Part shown: positions 47,561 to 56,445 of the stretch, one piece after another | How the letters are laid out: each line of letters begins with the position of its first letter | Numbering within the stretch: position 1 is the stretch's first letter | Assembly: GCA_020349025.1 (NCBI GenBank) | Contig: CP070763.1 | Coordinates: forward strand, 1,158,753-1,222,752 | From: Candidatus Latescibacterota bacterium | GTDB taxonomy: Bacteria; Krumholzibacteriota; Krumholzibacteriia; G020349025 | Direction of reading: 5' to 3' | DNA length: 64,000 nucleotides | Notes under the pieces: generated by a model | Seen by the model: the letters and a program-made list of their open reading frames with translations, nothing else | What the model was told of the DNA's origin: nothing | Databases searched by the model: none | Translations under genes and position numbers: made by a program

Positions 47561-48834
47561 ACCAGCACGGCGGAGAGCACGTCGCCCGCGCGCCAGAAGA
47601 AGGTGTCGATGGCCTGTTTCGCCTTGTACTTCTGCTCGCGCGTCGTCGGTAGGAAGAGAGCCTGCCGCACGGTGTTCTGGAGCGAGTAGTCGGTGGCGTT
47701 CTCGGCGATCTTGACCCAGCGGATCACGCTGAGAATCGGCACGAAGGCCAGCAGCGTGTATCCCGTGAGGGCGATGGTCGGGAGGATGAGAATCGCAACC
47801 CGCACGCCGAGGTACTTGAGGATTCTGGAGACCAGAAGGAGCTGCACGACCACGCCGAGGATGTTCACCCAGGAGTAGAAGTCGGCGTAGAAGCTCCCTG
47901 CTTGCACCCTCACGCGCTGCTCGATGTCTTCGCTGCTGGCGGAAGGCCCGAGCTCTTCCGTGGCTGCAGCCTCGTACGTCTCCATGACCGCGCCGCGCAA
48001 GATGAACTCGCCGTTCGTGTTCACCCAGTTCACGATCAAGATCAAGAGCGCCATCAAGAGCAGGTATCGCGTCCGCCGCACGAGCCGGAACGCCCCCTCC
48101 TTGGAGAAGGGCTCCTCCTCGGTCTGCGGCTGCGCCGCCGCACCCCGCGCGGCCCGCCGGCGCTCACGAGCATCCACGATGTTGGTCAGCACGGTTGCGA
48201 AACCGAGCACGCCAGCGGCGACGAGGAACAACTGGTTGATGCCGAGGGGCTCGATCAGCCAGACCGTGACTTTGCCGCCGGCAGCCGCGCCCATGGAAGC
48301 CCCGAACGCGACGATGACGAAGAGCCGCTTGCCTTCGGCAGGTGTATAGATGTCGTTCGCTAGGGACCAGAACTGAGCTGGGATCATGAGATTGAAGATC
48401 CCGACCCAGATGAAGAAGAGAATCGCAAGCGCTGGGGGGCCTTCTCCAAACGTCACCATCGCCACGTAGAAGAGCAGCAGGTTGGCGATGAAGAAGAGGT
48501 TGACCACGTTGAGGAGACGCCGGCGTGGCACCGCCGCGGCCAAACGCGCATAGAGCGGCACGGCGACGAGCAGCAGGAGCAGAGCCTGGGCTGCGGAGAG
48601 GTAGCTGCCAATCTCGGCACCCTCGAACAGCTTGCCGAACAGCGTGATCTTCACGGGCACGATCAGCGCCTCACGCACCGGCTTGATGATGTAGTAGGCA
48701 AAGAAGATCAGGAAGATGTTCAGGGCCAGCTGCAGGACGGTTGCGCCCTCGCCGCCGCGGACCTCCGTGAAGAGCGAAAGGAGGCGCTCCACCACGTTGC
48801 GCTTTGGGCGGGGCGAGAGCGAGCGTACGGACAT
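47425..48834 (-). CDS. Npt1/TLC family nucleotide (ATP/ADP) translocase-like transporter
   Basis: 'YYIIKPVREALI', 'QFWSLANDIY...EGKRLF..VAFG..MGA..G', 'AENATDYSLQNT.RQ.LFLP....KYKAK..IDTFF.R.GD'. Confidence 0.85.
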   Translation of the reverse strand: MSVRSLSPRPKRNVVERLLSLFTEVRGGEGATVLQLALNIFLIFFAYYIIKPVREALIVPVKITLFGKLFEGAEIGSYLSAAQALLLLLVAVPLYARLAAAVPRRRLLNVVNLFFIANLLLFYVAMVTFGEGPPALAILFFIWVGIFNLMIPAQFWSLANDIYTPAEGKRLFVIVAFGASMGAAAGGKVTVWLIEPLGINQLFLVAAGVLGFATVLTNIVDARERRRAARGAAAQPQTEEEPFSKEGAFRLVRRTRYLLLMALLILIVNWVNTNGEFILRGAVMETYEAAATEELGPSASSEDIEQRVRVQAGSFYADFYSWVNILGVVVQLLLVSRILKYLGVRVAILILPTIALTGYTLLAFVPILSVIRWVKIAENATDYSLQNTVRQALFLPTTREQKYKAKQAIDTFFWRAGDVLSAVLVYLGLNWLRLSTQGFAVVNIVLVLMWIVLGVAIGKEYERRTAERR

Positions 48835-48864
48835 CCGGTCCTCCGAGGAGTCGCCCTGCTGGCG

Positions 48865-50175
48865 TCAGGCTGGTGTCATGCTCTTCTCGACCGACTCGAA
48901 TGCCTGATCCAACGTCGTCAGCGCACGCTGGACGTCGGTGGCGTCCACCACGAGCGGCGGGGTCAGGCGCAAGACGTTGCCGACGAGGCCGCCGCGCCCG
49001 ACGAGCACGCCGTTGTCCTTGCAGATCTCCATGACGCGGGCCGTCTCCTCCGGCGCCGGCTCCTTGCTGGTGCGGTCGCGCACCAGCTCGACGCCGATCA
49101 TGAGCCCCTTGCCACGCACTTCGCCGATCACCAGGTGCTTCTCCTGCAGCTCCTGCATGCCATCCCAAAGCACCTTGCCCATGCGCTCGGCGTTTCCCGC
49201 CAGATCGTTCTTGCGGATGTAATCGACGTTGGCGATCGCCGCCGCCATGGTGATCGGGTTGCCTCCGAAGGTGGAGATGTTCGGCCCGGTGTAGGCATCG
49301 GCGACCTCCTTCTTCGCCACGAAGGCACCGGCCGCGAAGCCGTTAGCCAGCCCCTTGGCAAAAACCATCATGTCGGGCTCGACATTCCAGTGCTGGATCC
49401 CGAAGAGGTTCTCGCCGGTACGCCCCCACCCCGTCTGCACCTCGTCGGAGATGGCCACGCCGCCGTAGCGTCTGACGATGTCGTAGATGATCGGGAAGTA
49501 CTCGGGCGGCGGCGTGACGAAGCCGCCGACGCCCTGGATCGGCTCGGCGATGAACGCCGCGATGCGGCCGCTCGTCGTCGTCTGCAGCAGCTCCTCGAGG
49601 TCGCGTGCGCAGCGCATCTCGCACGAGGGGTAGGTGAGGCCGAAAGCGCAGCGATAGCAGTAGGCGTTGTGCGCGAAGTGGACGTTGCCCATCGTCGCCA
49701 CCGGTGGCCGCCACGGCTTCTGACCCGACACCCCGATCGCCACGTGCGAGCGCCCGTGATACGAGTGGCGCAGCGCGATGACCTCTTCGCAACCGGTGTG
49801 GAGCTTGGCGGTCAGGAGCGCCGTATCGATCGCTTCGGTGCCGCTGTTGCAGAAGAAGGACTTCTGCAGCTCGCCCGGTGTGATCTCGGCCAGCTGCTGC
49901 GCGAACTCGATCATCGGCTCGATCAGGTAGCAGGTGGAGACGTGCTGCAGCTTCTCCACCTGTGCGTGCACGGCGGCGTTGATCTCCGGGTTGGAGTGGC
50001 CGCTGTTGACCGAGAGAATGCCGGCGAAGAAGTCGAGATACTCCTTGCCCTCGCTGTCCTTGAGGTACTGCATCGAGCCGCTCACGAGGTTCATCGGCTT
50101 CTCGTAGTAGTGCTTGATGCAGGGGATGACGTATTCCTGCTTGAGCCTGACCAGCTCTTCGGGTGTGCGCGCCAC
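48865..50175 (-). CDS. Class III PLP aminotransferase (AGXT2/beta-alanine aminotransferase-like)
   Basis: 'YLDFFAGI', 'NSGTEA', 'SYHG', 'AEPIQGVGG', 'DEVQTGWGRTG', 'FAKGLANG', 'STFGGNP'. Confidence 0.92.
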   Translation of the reverse strand: MARTPEELVRLKQEYVIPCIKHYYEKPMNLVSGSMQYLKDSEGKEYLDFFAGILSVNSGHSNPEINAAVHAQVEKLQHVSTCYLIEPMIEFAQQLAEITPGELQKSFFCNSGTEAIDTALLTAKLHTGCEEVIALRHSYHGRSHVAIGVSGQKPWRPPVATMGNVHFAHNAYCYRCAFGLTYPSCEMRCARDLEELLQTTTSGRIAAFIAEPIQGVGGFVTPPPEYFPIIYDIVRRYGGVAISDEVQTGWGRTGENLFGIQHWNVEPDMMVFAKGLANGFAAGAFVAKKEVADAYTGPNISTFGGNPITMAAAIANVDYIRKNDLAGNAERMGKVLWDGMQELQEKHLVIGEVRGKGLMIGVELVRDRTSKEPAPEETARVMEICKDNGVLVGRGGLVGNVLRLTPPLVVDATDVQRALTTLDQAFESVEKSMTPA

Positions 50176-50215
50176 GGCTGGACCCCCTCGAGGTTCGATT
50201 CGATCGCTGTCGCTT

Positions 50216-51082
50216 CTACGGCAGCTGCACCGTCATGTCGCCATAGGTTTCGGGACGGCGGTCGCGGAAGAACTGCCAGGTCTGGCGCACCTTCTCGATC
50301 GTCTCCAGGTCGAGATCGGCAACGACGAGCTCCTCCTGGTCCTCGCTCCCCTGGACCACGATCTGACCGCGCGGATCACAGAAATAGCTGGAGCCGTAGA
50401 ACTTGCCCGTTTCCCACGGCTTCTCCACGCCGACGCGGTTGATGGCCCCGACGAAGTAGCCGTTGGCTACGGCGTGCGCCGGCTGCTCGAGCTCCCACAG
50501 GTATTTGGAGAGCCCCGCTACGGTCGCCGAGGGATTGAACACGATCTCGGCGCCATTCAGGCCGAGGAGTCGCGCCCCCTCCGGGAAGTGGCGGTCGTAG
50601 CAGATGTACACACCGATGCGGGCATAGCGCGTCTGGAAGGTCGGGTACCCGAGGTTGCCCGGTTTGAAGTAGAACTTCTCCCAGAAGCCGTGGACCTGGG
50701 GAATGTGGTTCTTGCGATAGATCCCCAAGAGCGTCCCATCGGCATCGACGACGGCGGCGGTGTTGTAGTAGACGCCGGTCATCGCCTCTTCGTAGATCGG
50801 GACGACCAGAACCATCTCGTGCTTGCGTGCCAGATTCTGCGCCCACTCCACCGTCGGGCCGGGAATCGGCTCGGCGATCTCGTACCACTTTTCATCCTGC
50901 TCGGCACAGAAGTAGGGACCGAAGAAGATCTCCTGGAGGCAGAGGATGCGAACTTCCTTGGAAGCCGCCTCTTCGATGAACGTCTCGTGCTTCTCGAGGG
51001 CGGTCTTCTTGATCTCGCCCACGCTCGCCTGCGTGTTCTCGCAGGTCGCTTGCACGAGCCCGCAACGAAGGATCCGTGGCAT
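50216..51082 (-). CDS. Nitrilase-family C-N hydrolase, beta-ureidopropionase-like
   Basis: 'LCLQEIF' (Glu), 'YRKNHIP' (Lys), 'ICYDRHFPEG' (Cys), 'FWEKFYF.PGNLG.P.F', 'FFRDRRPETY'. Confidence 0.9.
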   Translation of the reverse strand: MPRILRCGLVQATCENTQASVGEIKKTALEKHETFIEEAASKEVRILCLQEIFFGPYFCAEQDEKWYEIAEPIPGPTVEWAQNLARKHEMVLVVPIYEEAMTGVYYNTAAVVDADGTLLGIYRKNHIPQVHGFWEKFYFKPGNLGYPTFQTRYARIGVYICYDRHFPEGARLLGLNGAEIVFNPSATVAGLSKYLWELEQPAHAVANGYFVGAINRVGVEKPWETGKFYGSSYFCDPRGQIVVQGSEDQEELVVADLDLETIEKVRQTWQFFRDRRPETYGDMTVQLP

Positions 51083-51284
51083 GGTGAACTCCCCGACTCC
51101 GGAGCGATGCCCCACCGTGGTGCATGAGCGCCAGTTTGGGGTCCAAGCTACTCGAAGCCCTGCAGAGCGTCAACGCGACGGGGAACGCGTGCGCGTGATG
51201 GCGTCACGCGGCGCAGGATTCCTCGACGCTTCCGTCGCTGCCGCCTAACAGGTTGTGTTGTAGATGTTTATGAGATCTTACCGA

Positions 51285-51314
51285 TTGACCACTCGCATTG
51301 GAACACGTTACAAT
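51285..51314 (+). promoter_or_regulatory. Sigma-70-type promoter (TTGACC-N18-TACAAT)
   Basis: Near-consensus hexamers in an AT-richer divergent intergenic region. Confidence 0.65.
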
Positions 51315-51476
51315 GATGCTGTCGTTGGACGCAGCCGATCGCATGGCTACGTCTGCGACGCGCCGCGACTGCAACTCGATTCGCATGCATCGCGGCGCAT
51401 CATGCAAGGCCGACGAACGCTCACTAAATCCAGTCCACTCGCGGAGGCAGATGAAACACGGCTCCTAGAGGTACGC

Positions 51477-52268
51477 ATGGAGGCCTACTCACCGGGCGAG
51501 CTCGCCACACTCGCCCAACGACCGGTTCGCATCCTGGTCATCGACGACAACGTCCAGGAGCAGCAGCTTCTCAAGATGAAGCTGGAGGCGCTCGGCGCTG
51601 CCATGATCCAAGTTCGACATGGACGTCTCGGGATCATGACGGCGCAGAAGGCAGACCCGGATCTCGTCATTCTCGATCTCGCGACTCCCGACATGCAGGG
51701 CTTGGAGGTGCTGCGTCACCTGAAAGCGGTGAAACGCACCTCATCGATTCCAGTGATCTGCATCGCAAGCTCGCGGGATGAAAACCAGCGCTTGCGCGCT
51801 CTGCGATTGAACGCCGATTGGTATCTGCCGAAGCCGTTCCGCTTCTCGGAGATGCTCGCGCGCTTGCGTTACCACGCGCAGGAGATCGCCGCTCGGACCA
51901 CGCTGAAGAGCAACATGAGCTACGACGGCCTGCGCAAGAACATCATGAGAGCTTCGGTCGACACGCTCTCGGACGTTCAGGACATCCGCAAGGCGCTGCA
52001 TGGTTTGAAGGGGTACGTCGGAGCTGACGACTACTACCTGAACAACAAGCTGGAGATCTGCTTCCGGAATCTGATGCGCATCGAGTCGCGCTTGAAGGAT
52101 TTTCGCGAGTGGACGACGCGACGCAAGACGCAGACGACAGCCACTCCACTGGTCATGCGCTCGCACACCGCTCCTCCCTCGGATGGCCCGGTTCCCGGGA
52201 AGCCGGGCACGCCGCGACCAGGGGAGAGCGACGACGGCACGCAAGGAGGCAGTGCCGACTTCGGCTAG
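51477..52268 (+). CDS. Orphan response regulator (REC plus helical C-terminal domain)
   Basis: 'ILVIDD', phospho-acceptor 'LVILDLATP', 'YLPKPF'; GAGG before ATG 51477 (alternative ATG 51402). Confidence 0.8.
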   Translation: MEAYSPGELATLAQRPVRILVIDDNVQEQQLLKMKLEALGAAMIQVRHGRLGIMTAQKADPDLVILDLATPDMQGLEVLRHLKAVKRTSSIPVICIASSRDENQRLRALRLNADWYLPKPFRFSEMLARLRYHAQEIAARTTLKSNMSYDGLRKNIMRASVDTLSDVQDIRKALHGLKGYVGADDYYLNNKLEICFRNLMRIESRLKDFREWTTRRKTQTTATPLVMRSHTAPPSDGPVPGKPGTPRPGESDDGTQGGSADFG

Positions 52269-52348
52269 CGCACGGTCTCTGGCGCTGGTCGATGGCTCAG
52301 GAAGAGCCGTAGGTCCGCCCTGGAGGGTCCCCCCTGATCCGGGGCAGC

Positions 52349-52379
52349 AAAGCCCGCCGGCCGCGTCCGGCGGGCTTTT
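52349..52379 (+). terminator. Rho-independent terminator
   Basis: AAAGCCCGCCGG-CCGCGT-CCGGCGGGCTTTT: 12-bp stem with a short T-tract. Confidence 0.75.
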
Positions 52380-52446
52380 GGCGTCGGTGAACTTGAGCGT
52401 CAATGGGGGTTGTTGTTACGCTCCCGCGAACCGCAGGAGTGAGATC

Positions 52447-53259
52447 GTGTTGCGCATCCCGGCAGAAATCCAACGCGACCTGCTGCAGGCGTGCCGCCGG
52501 CTGTACGACCGCGGTCTGGTTGCAGGAACGGATGGCAACGTATCGGTCCGCGTGGCCAAGAATCGCATCCTCGCGACACCCACCGGCATGAGCAAGGGGT
52601 TTCTCGAGGCGGACGATCTCGTCGTCTGCGATCTCCAGGGCAACCCGCTCTCCGGCAAGCGGCGCCTGACGACGGAGATTCGCATCCACCTCGCCGTGTA
52701 TGAGCAACGCGACGATGTCTGTGCGGTCGTGCACGCGCACCCGCCGTATGCGACGGCTTTCGCGGTGGCGAACCGGGCGATGAACGAGCGCATCATGCCG
52801 GAGGCGTACATCGCCGTCGGTCGTGTGGCACTGACGCCATATGGAACGCCCTCCACGGCCGAGCTCGAAGAGAGCATTCGGCCTGCCGTGGCGGAGCACG
52901 ACGCCATCCTCCTCGCCAACCACGGCGCGATGACGCTCGGACGCGACGTGATCGCCGCGTATCACAGGATGGAGGCTCTGGAACAGCTGGCGCGGATCTC
53001 CGCTCTCACCGAGATGATCGGTGGGGCGCGGGCGCTGAGCGGCGACGAGATCGCCCGACTCGAGGAGATCCGCGATGTCTACGGCTCGGCATCGACCAAC
53101 GTGCCGTGCTACCAGTGCGGCTGGTCTCCCGAGAAATCGGACGTCCACTGGCCCGGCAACCCCCCCGTGTGGGAGCGCCACGCAGCGAGCGACCGCGAGG
53201 CGCAGGTGCGCGACCTGGCACGACGCGCGCTGCGCTCGGTGCGCAACGGCGAACCGTAA
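52447..53259 (+). CDS. Class II aldolase/adducin family protein (FucA/MtnB/AraD-like)
   Basis: 'GTDGNVSVR', 'TPTG..KG', 'TTEIRIH', 'HAHPPYATA', 'LLANHG'; AGGAG SD before GTG. Confidence 0.9.
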   Translation: MLRIPAEIQRDLLQACRRLYDRGLVAGTDGNVSVRVAKNRILATPTGMSKGFLEADDLVVCDLQGNPLSGKRRLTTEIRIHLAVYEQRDDVCAVVHAHPPYATAFAVANRAMNERIMPEAYIAVGRVALTPYGTPSTAELEESIRPAVAEHDAILLANHGAMTLGRDVIAAYHRMEALEQLARISALTEMIGGARALSGDEIARLEEIRDVYGSASTNVPCYQCGWSPEKSDVHWPGNPPVWERHAASDREAQVRDLARRALRSVRNGEP

Positions 53260-53273
53260 ACGGGGAGGCCACA

Positions 53274-53792
53274 GTGGCCGCACGCCGCGAGCTTCTCGTC
53301 GACGCCTACAACGTCATGTTCGCGCATCCGCACATCGGCCCGCTCCTGCGACGCGACGCCAAGCGCGCGCGCGACGAGTTTCTCGATGTCGTGCGCCGCT
53401 GCCGCCCCTCCGACTCGTCGCGCGTCTACGTCGTCTTCGATGCCCATCGCGACCCCGGCGCCGCGACCGAAACGGGCGAGAAGGGACGCAGCTACGAAGG
53501 TGGAATCCACCTCGTCTATGCGCGCGAGACCGCAGATGTCTGGATCCAGAAACGCATCCGCGCACACTCCGACCCGAGTCAGCTGACGATCGTGACCTCC
53601 GATCGAGAGATTCTCGCCACCGCGGAGGCACACGGTGCCCAGGTGCTGACGGTACGACGCTTCCTGGGGCTTCCCGCCCGCCGGCGCGCGCGCGCGAACC
53701 AGGCGCGCCGTCGCGAAAAGCCGGAGCACGTCAGCCGGCGCGAGGTGGAGGAGATGGAGCGTCTGTTTCGCGAACGTGCGGACGAGGAATAG
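53274..53792 (+). CDS. NYN-domain protein, YacP/Rae1-like ribonuclease
   Basis: 'LLVDAYNV', 'VVFDA', 'ETADVWI', 'VTSDREI'; GGGGAGG SD. Confidence 0.85.
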   Translation: MAARRELLVDAYNVMFAHPHIGPLLRRDAKRARDEFLDVVRRCRPSDSSRVYVVFDAHRDPGAATETGEKGRSYEGGIHLVYARETADVWIQKRIRAHSDPSQLTIVTSDREILATAEAHGAQVLTVRRFLGLPARRRARANQARRREKPEHVSRREVEEMERLFRERADEE

Positions 53793-53795
53793 CGC

Positions 53796-55577
53796 TCAGT
53801 AGCCGACGGCGGCGCCCTGGGTTCGTGGATCGGCAACACCGAAGAGGGTGCCGTCCGGCTCGATGGCGATGCACTGGGCACTGCTCTTCGTCCGAGGCAG
53901 ATTGCGCAGTCGGTGCCCCGTGCGCTCGAGGTAGGCGCGCACCTCGCCCGTGAGAGCGCCCTCCTCATGCCAGACGACGTCCGGGAGCCACTGATGGTGA
54001 AGGCGACCGGCGGCGACCGCCTCCTGCAGGTTCATCCGGCGCTCGTACACGTTCAGGATGATCTGCAGAATCGCCGTGATGATGCGTGGCCCACCGCGTG
54101 CTCCAAGAACGAGCCACGGCTCCCCGTCGCGCAACACGATCGTCGGCGCCATCGACGAGAGCATGCGCTTGCCCGGCTCGATGGCGTTGATCTCGCCTCC
54201 CACGAGACCGAACTGGTTCGGCTGACCGGGCTGCGCATCGAAGTCATCCATCTCGTTGTTGAGGAAGAAACCGGCGCCCTGCACCATGACGCCGCTTCCG
54301 AAGCCGCTGTTGAGCGTGGTCGTGAGCGCGACGGCGTTCCCCTCGACGTCGACGATGGAGACGTGGGTGGTTTCGGGTGACTCGCGCTGGAGTTGTGGCA
54401 CGCGCGTGGAGTCGGCGCGTGGCCTCGCGCGGCTCGCCGGCGGCTCCGAATCGAAAGCCCAGGCATCCCCCGCGGCGAGGAAGTGCGAGGGGGTGGAGCG
54501 GTCGAGCGAGATCGTCCTGCGACGCGTGTCGAGGTAGCGCGGTGACAGCAACCCCCGCAGCGGCATCTGCACGAAATCGGGATCGCCGAGGAAGGTGTTG
54601 CGATCGGCGAAGGCACGGGCCGTGGCCTCGAGCGCCACGTGCTGGGTTTGGCCGGGGCGCTCGATCGCCTGCAGCTCGAAGCCTTCGAGGAGCCCGAGGA
54701 TCTGCAGGAGGGTCACGCCACCCGAGCTCGGCGGCGGTGCGCAGACGATCTCCAGATCGCGATAGCGACCGCGCAGGGGCGTGCGTTCGATGGCGCGATA
54801 GCTCGCCAGGTCGTCGCGTGTGATCAGGCCGCCGCCCCGTCGCATCTCGCGCTCGATGGCGGCGGCGATCGTGCCGCGATAGAAGGCGTCGGGCCCCTCG
54901 CTCGCGAGAGTCCGTAGCGTCTGCGCCAGCTCCGGCTGCTTGAAACGCCGGCGCGCCTTGCCGCGCGACAGCATGAGCGACGCGCCCTCGGGATATCGCT
55001 CCAGCTTGTCACGCTCCGCAGCGAGCGCTCGCTTGAGCTCGTCGTTGGGGCGGAAGTTCCGCTCCGCGAGTCGAATCGCCGGCTCGAGCAGCGTCTCCCA
55101 CGGCAGGCTGCCGTAGCGTGTCCAGGCCAGGTGCAAGCCCGCCACGGTTCCGGGAACGCCCACGGAGCGATGCCCGCGCCGCGCCGCCATGGTGTCGACG
55201 TTGCCTGCGGCGTCGACGTACAGGTCGCGGTGCGCTGCGGCGGGTGCGGTCTCACGGTAATCGATGAAGGTGAAGAGATCGTCGCTGGCGCGGTGGAAGA
55301 GCAGGAATCCACCGCCACCGATGTTACCCGCCTGCGGCAGCACGACGGCCAACGCCATCGACACGGCGACGGCAGCGTCGACCGCGTTGCCACCCGAGCG
55401 CAGGATGTCCGCGCCCACTCGGCTCGCCGCCTCGTGGCGACTGACGACCATCCCGCGCTGTGCCCGCTGCACCTGGCGCTGCGCCGGTACGCTCGGGGCG
55501 AAGCAGGCGAGCATGATCGACGCCAAGGCACCAATCCACAAGGCGCGCAGCGCACGTGGCCGCAACCTCAACCGCAT
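53796..55577 (-). CDS. ggt: Gamma-glutamyltransferase
   Basis: 'GGNAVDAAVA', 'GNIGGGGF', 'IDYRETAP', autocleavage 'ETTHVSIVD', 'LNNEMDDF', 'KRMLSSMAP'. Confidence 0.95.
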   Translation of the reverse strand: MRLRLRPRALRALWIGALASIMLACFAPSVPAQRQVQRAQRGMVVSRHEAASRVGADILRSGGNAVDAAVAVSMALAVVLPQAGNIGGGGFLLFHRASDDLFTFIDYRETAPAAAHRDLYVDAAGNVDTMAARRGHRSVGVPGTVAGLHLAWTRYGSLPWETLLEPAIRLAERNFRPNDELKRALAAERDKLERYPEGASLMLSRGKARRRFKQPELAQTLRTLASEGPDAFYRGTIAAAIEREMRRGGGLITRDDLASYRAIERTPLRGRYRDLEIVCAPPPSSGGVTLLQILGLLEGFELQAIERPGQTQHVALEATARAFADRNTFLGDPDFVQMPLRGLLSPRYLDTRRRTISLDRSTPSHFLAAGDAWAFDSEPPASRARPRADSTRVPQLQRESPETTHVSIVDVEGNAVALTTTLNSGFGSGVMVQGAGFFLNNEMDDFDAQPGQPNQFGLVGGEINAIEPGKRMLSSMAPTIVLRDGEPWLVLGARGGPRIITAILQIILNVYERRMNLQEAVAAGRLHHQWLPDVVWHEEGALTGEVRAYLERTGHRLRNLPRTKSSAQCIAIEPDGTLFGVADPRTQGAAVGY

Positions 55578-56323
55578 CGGACCGAACCACCATTCACGTT
55601 GAGGACCTCACCCGTGATGTGCGCCGCGAGATCGGAGCTCAGGAAGAGGATCGCGCCGGCGACATCTGCGGGACGGGCGACGCAGCCGCGCGGAATCTCG
55701 CGCTCGATCGCTTCCCGGCGTCCGGGTGGGTAGAGCGCTGGAAGCACCATGTCGGTCTCGACCCAGCCGGGCGCCACGGCGTTGACCCGGATCACCGGCG
55801 CCAGCTCGACGGCGAGCGACTTCGTCCAGCTGATCACCGCTCCCTTGCTGGCCGCGTAGTGGGCGTGCTCTGCCTCGCCACGTTGCGCCGCGGTCGAAGC
55901 CACGTTCACGATGCTCGCGTGCTCGCTCTGGCGGAGAAGCGGCAACGCCGCCCGCGTCAATCGATAGACGGCGTCGAGGTTGATGCACATCGTGTCTTGC
56001 CAGATCTCCGGCGCCAGCGTCTCGAGCGGCGCGTGCGTCCACACCCCCGCGTTGTGGACGAGGATGTCGAGCCTTCCGAGCCCGGCATGGGCGCGTGCCG
56101 CCAACGTTTCCACTTCCACAGCAACGCGCAGGTCGGCCTGCTCGACCAGCGCACGCCGGCCAGCACGCTCCACGCTGGCGGCCACCGACTCCGCCGCTTC
56201 GCGTGCGCTGCCGAAGTGCACCGCGACGTCCGCGCCCGCCTCGGCCAGGAGCCGGCACGTGGCCGCTCCGATGCCTCGCGACCCGCCCGTCACCAGTGCC
56301 GCTCTTCCGCTCAGATCGATCAT
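55568..56323 (-). CDS. SDR family NAD(P)-dependent oxidoreductase (FabG-like)
   Basis: 'TGGSRGIG', 'HNAG', 'YAASK', 'VNAVAPG'. Confidence 0.93.
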   Translation of the reverse strand: MIDLSGRAALVTGGSRGIGAATCRLLAEAGADVAVHFGSAREAAESVAASVERAGRRALVEQADLRVAVEVETLAARAHAGLGRLDILVHNAGVWTHAPLETLAPEIWQDTMCINLDAVYRLTRAALPLLRQSEHASIVNVASTAAQRGEAEHAHYAASKGAVISWTKSLAVELAPVIRVNAVAPGWVETDMVLPALYPPGRREAIEREIPRGCVARPADVAGAILFLSSDLAAHITGEVLNVNGGSVRCG

Positions 56324-56344
56324 CGAAGGCTCCCGTGACTCGAA

Positions 56345-56373
56345 AGTCTAGGAGTGCGCTGCCGTGGTGTCAA
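56345..56373 (-). promoter_or_regulatory. Near-consensus sigma-70 promoter (TTGACA-N17-TAGACT) for the SDR-ggt unit
   Basis: Perfect -35, 17-nt spacer, then a GGGAG SD before ATG 56323. Confidence 0.75.
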
Positions 56374-56445
56374 AGCGGTGGCGCCGGTGCCTCCTTTACG
56401 CCTCGCCCCCACGCGAGCTACCCTTGGGCGCATCGAGCGGAAACC

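Noticed and set aside
29285-51256. Shared 10-mer AACAGGTTGT in two promoter regions (29285-29294 and 51247-51256)
   Set aside because: A 10-mer match is expected by chance at this scale, and the flanks do not extend the match.
52270-52380. Possible ZTP, SAM-I or c-di-GMP riboswitch or 6S RNA
   Set aside because: Only fragmentary matches (CTGGCG, GCCCGCC, GCAAAGCC); the core conserved stems are absent.
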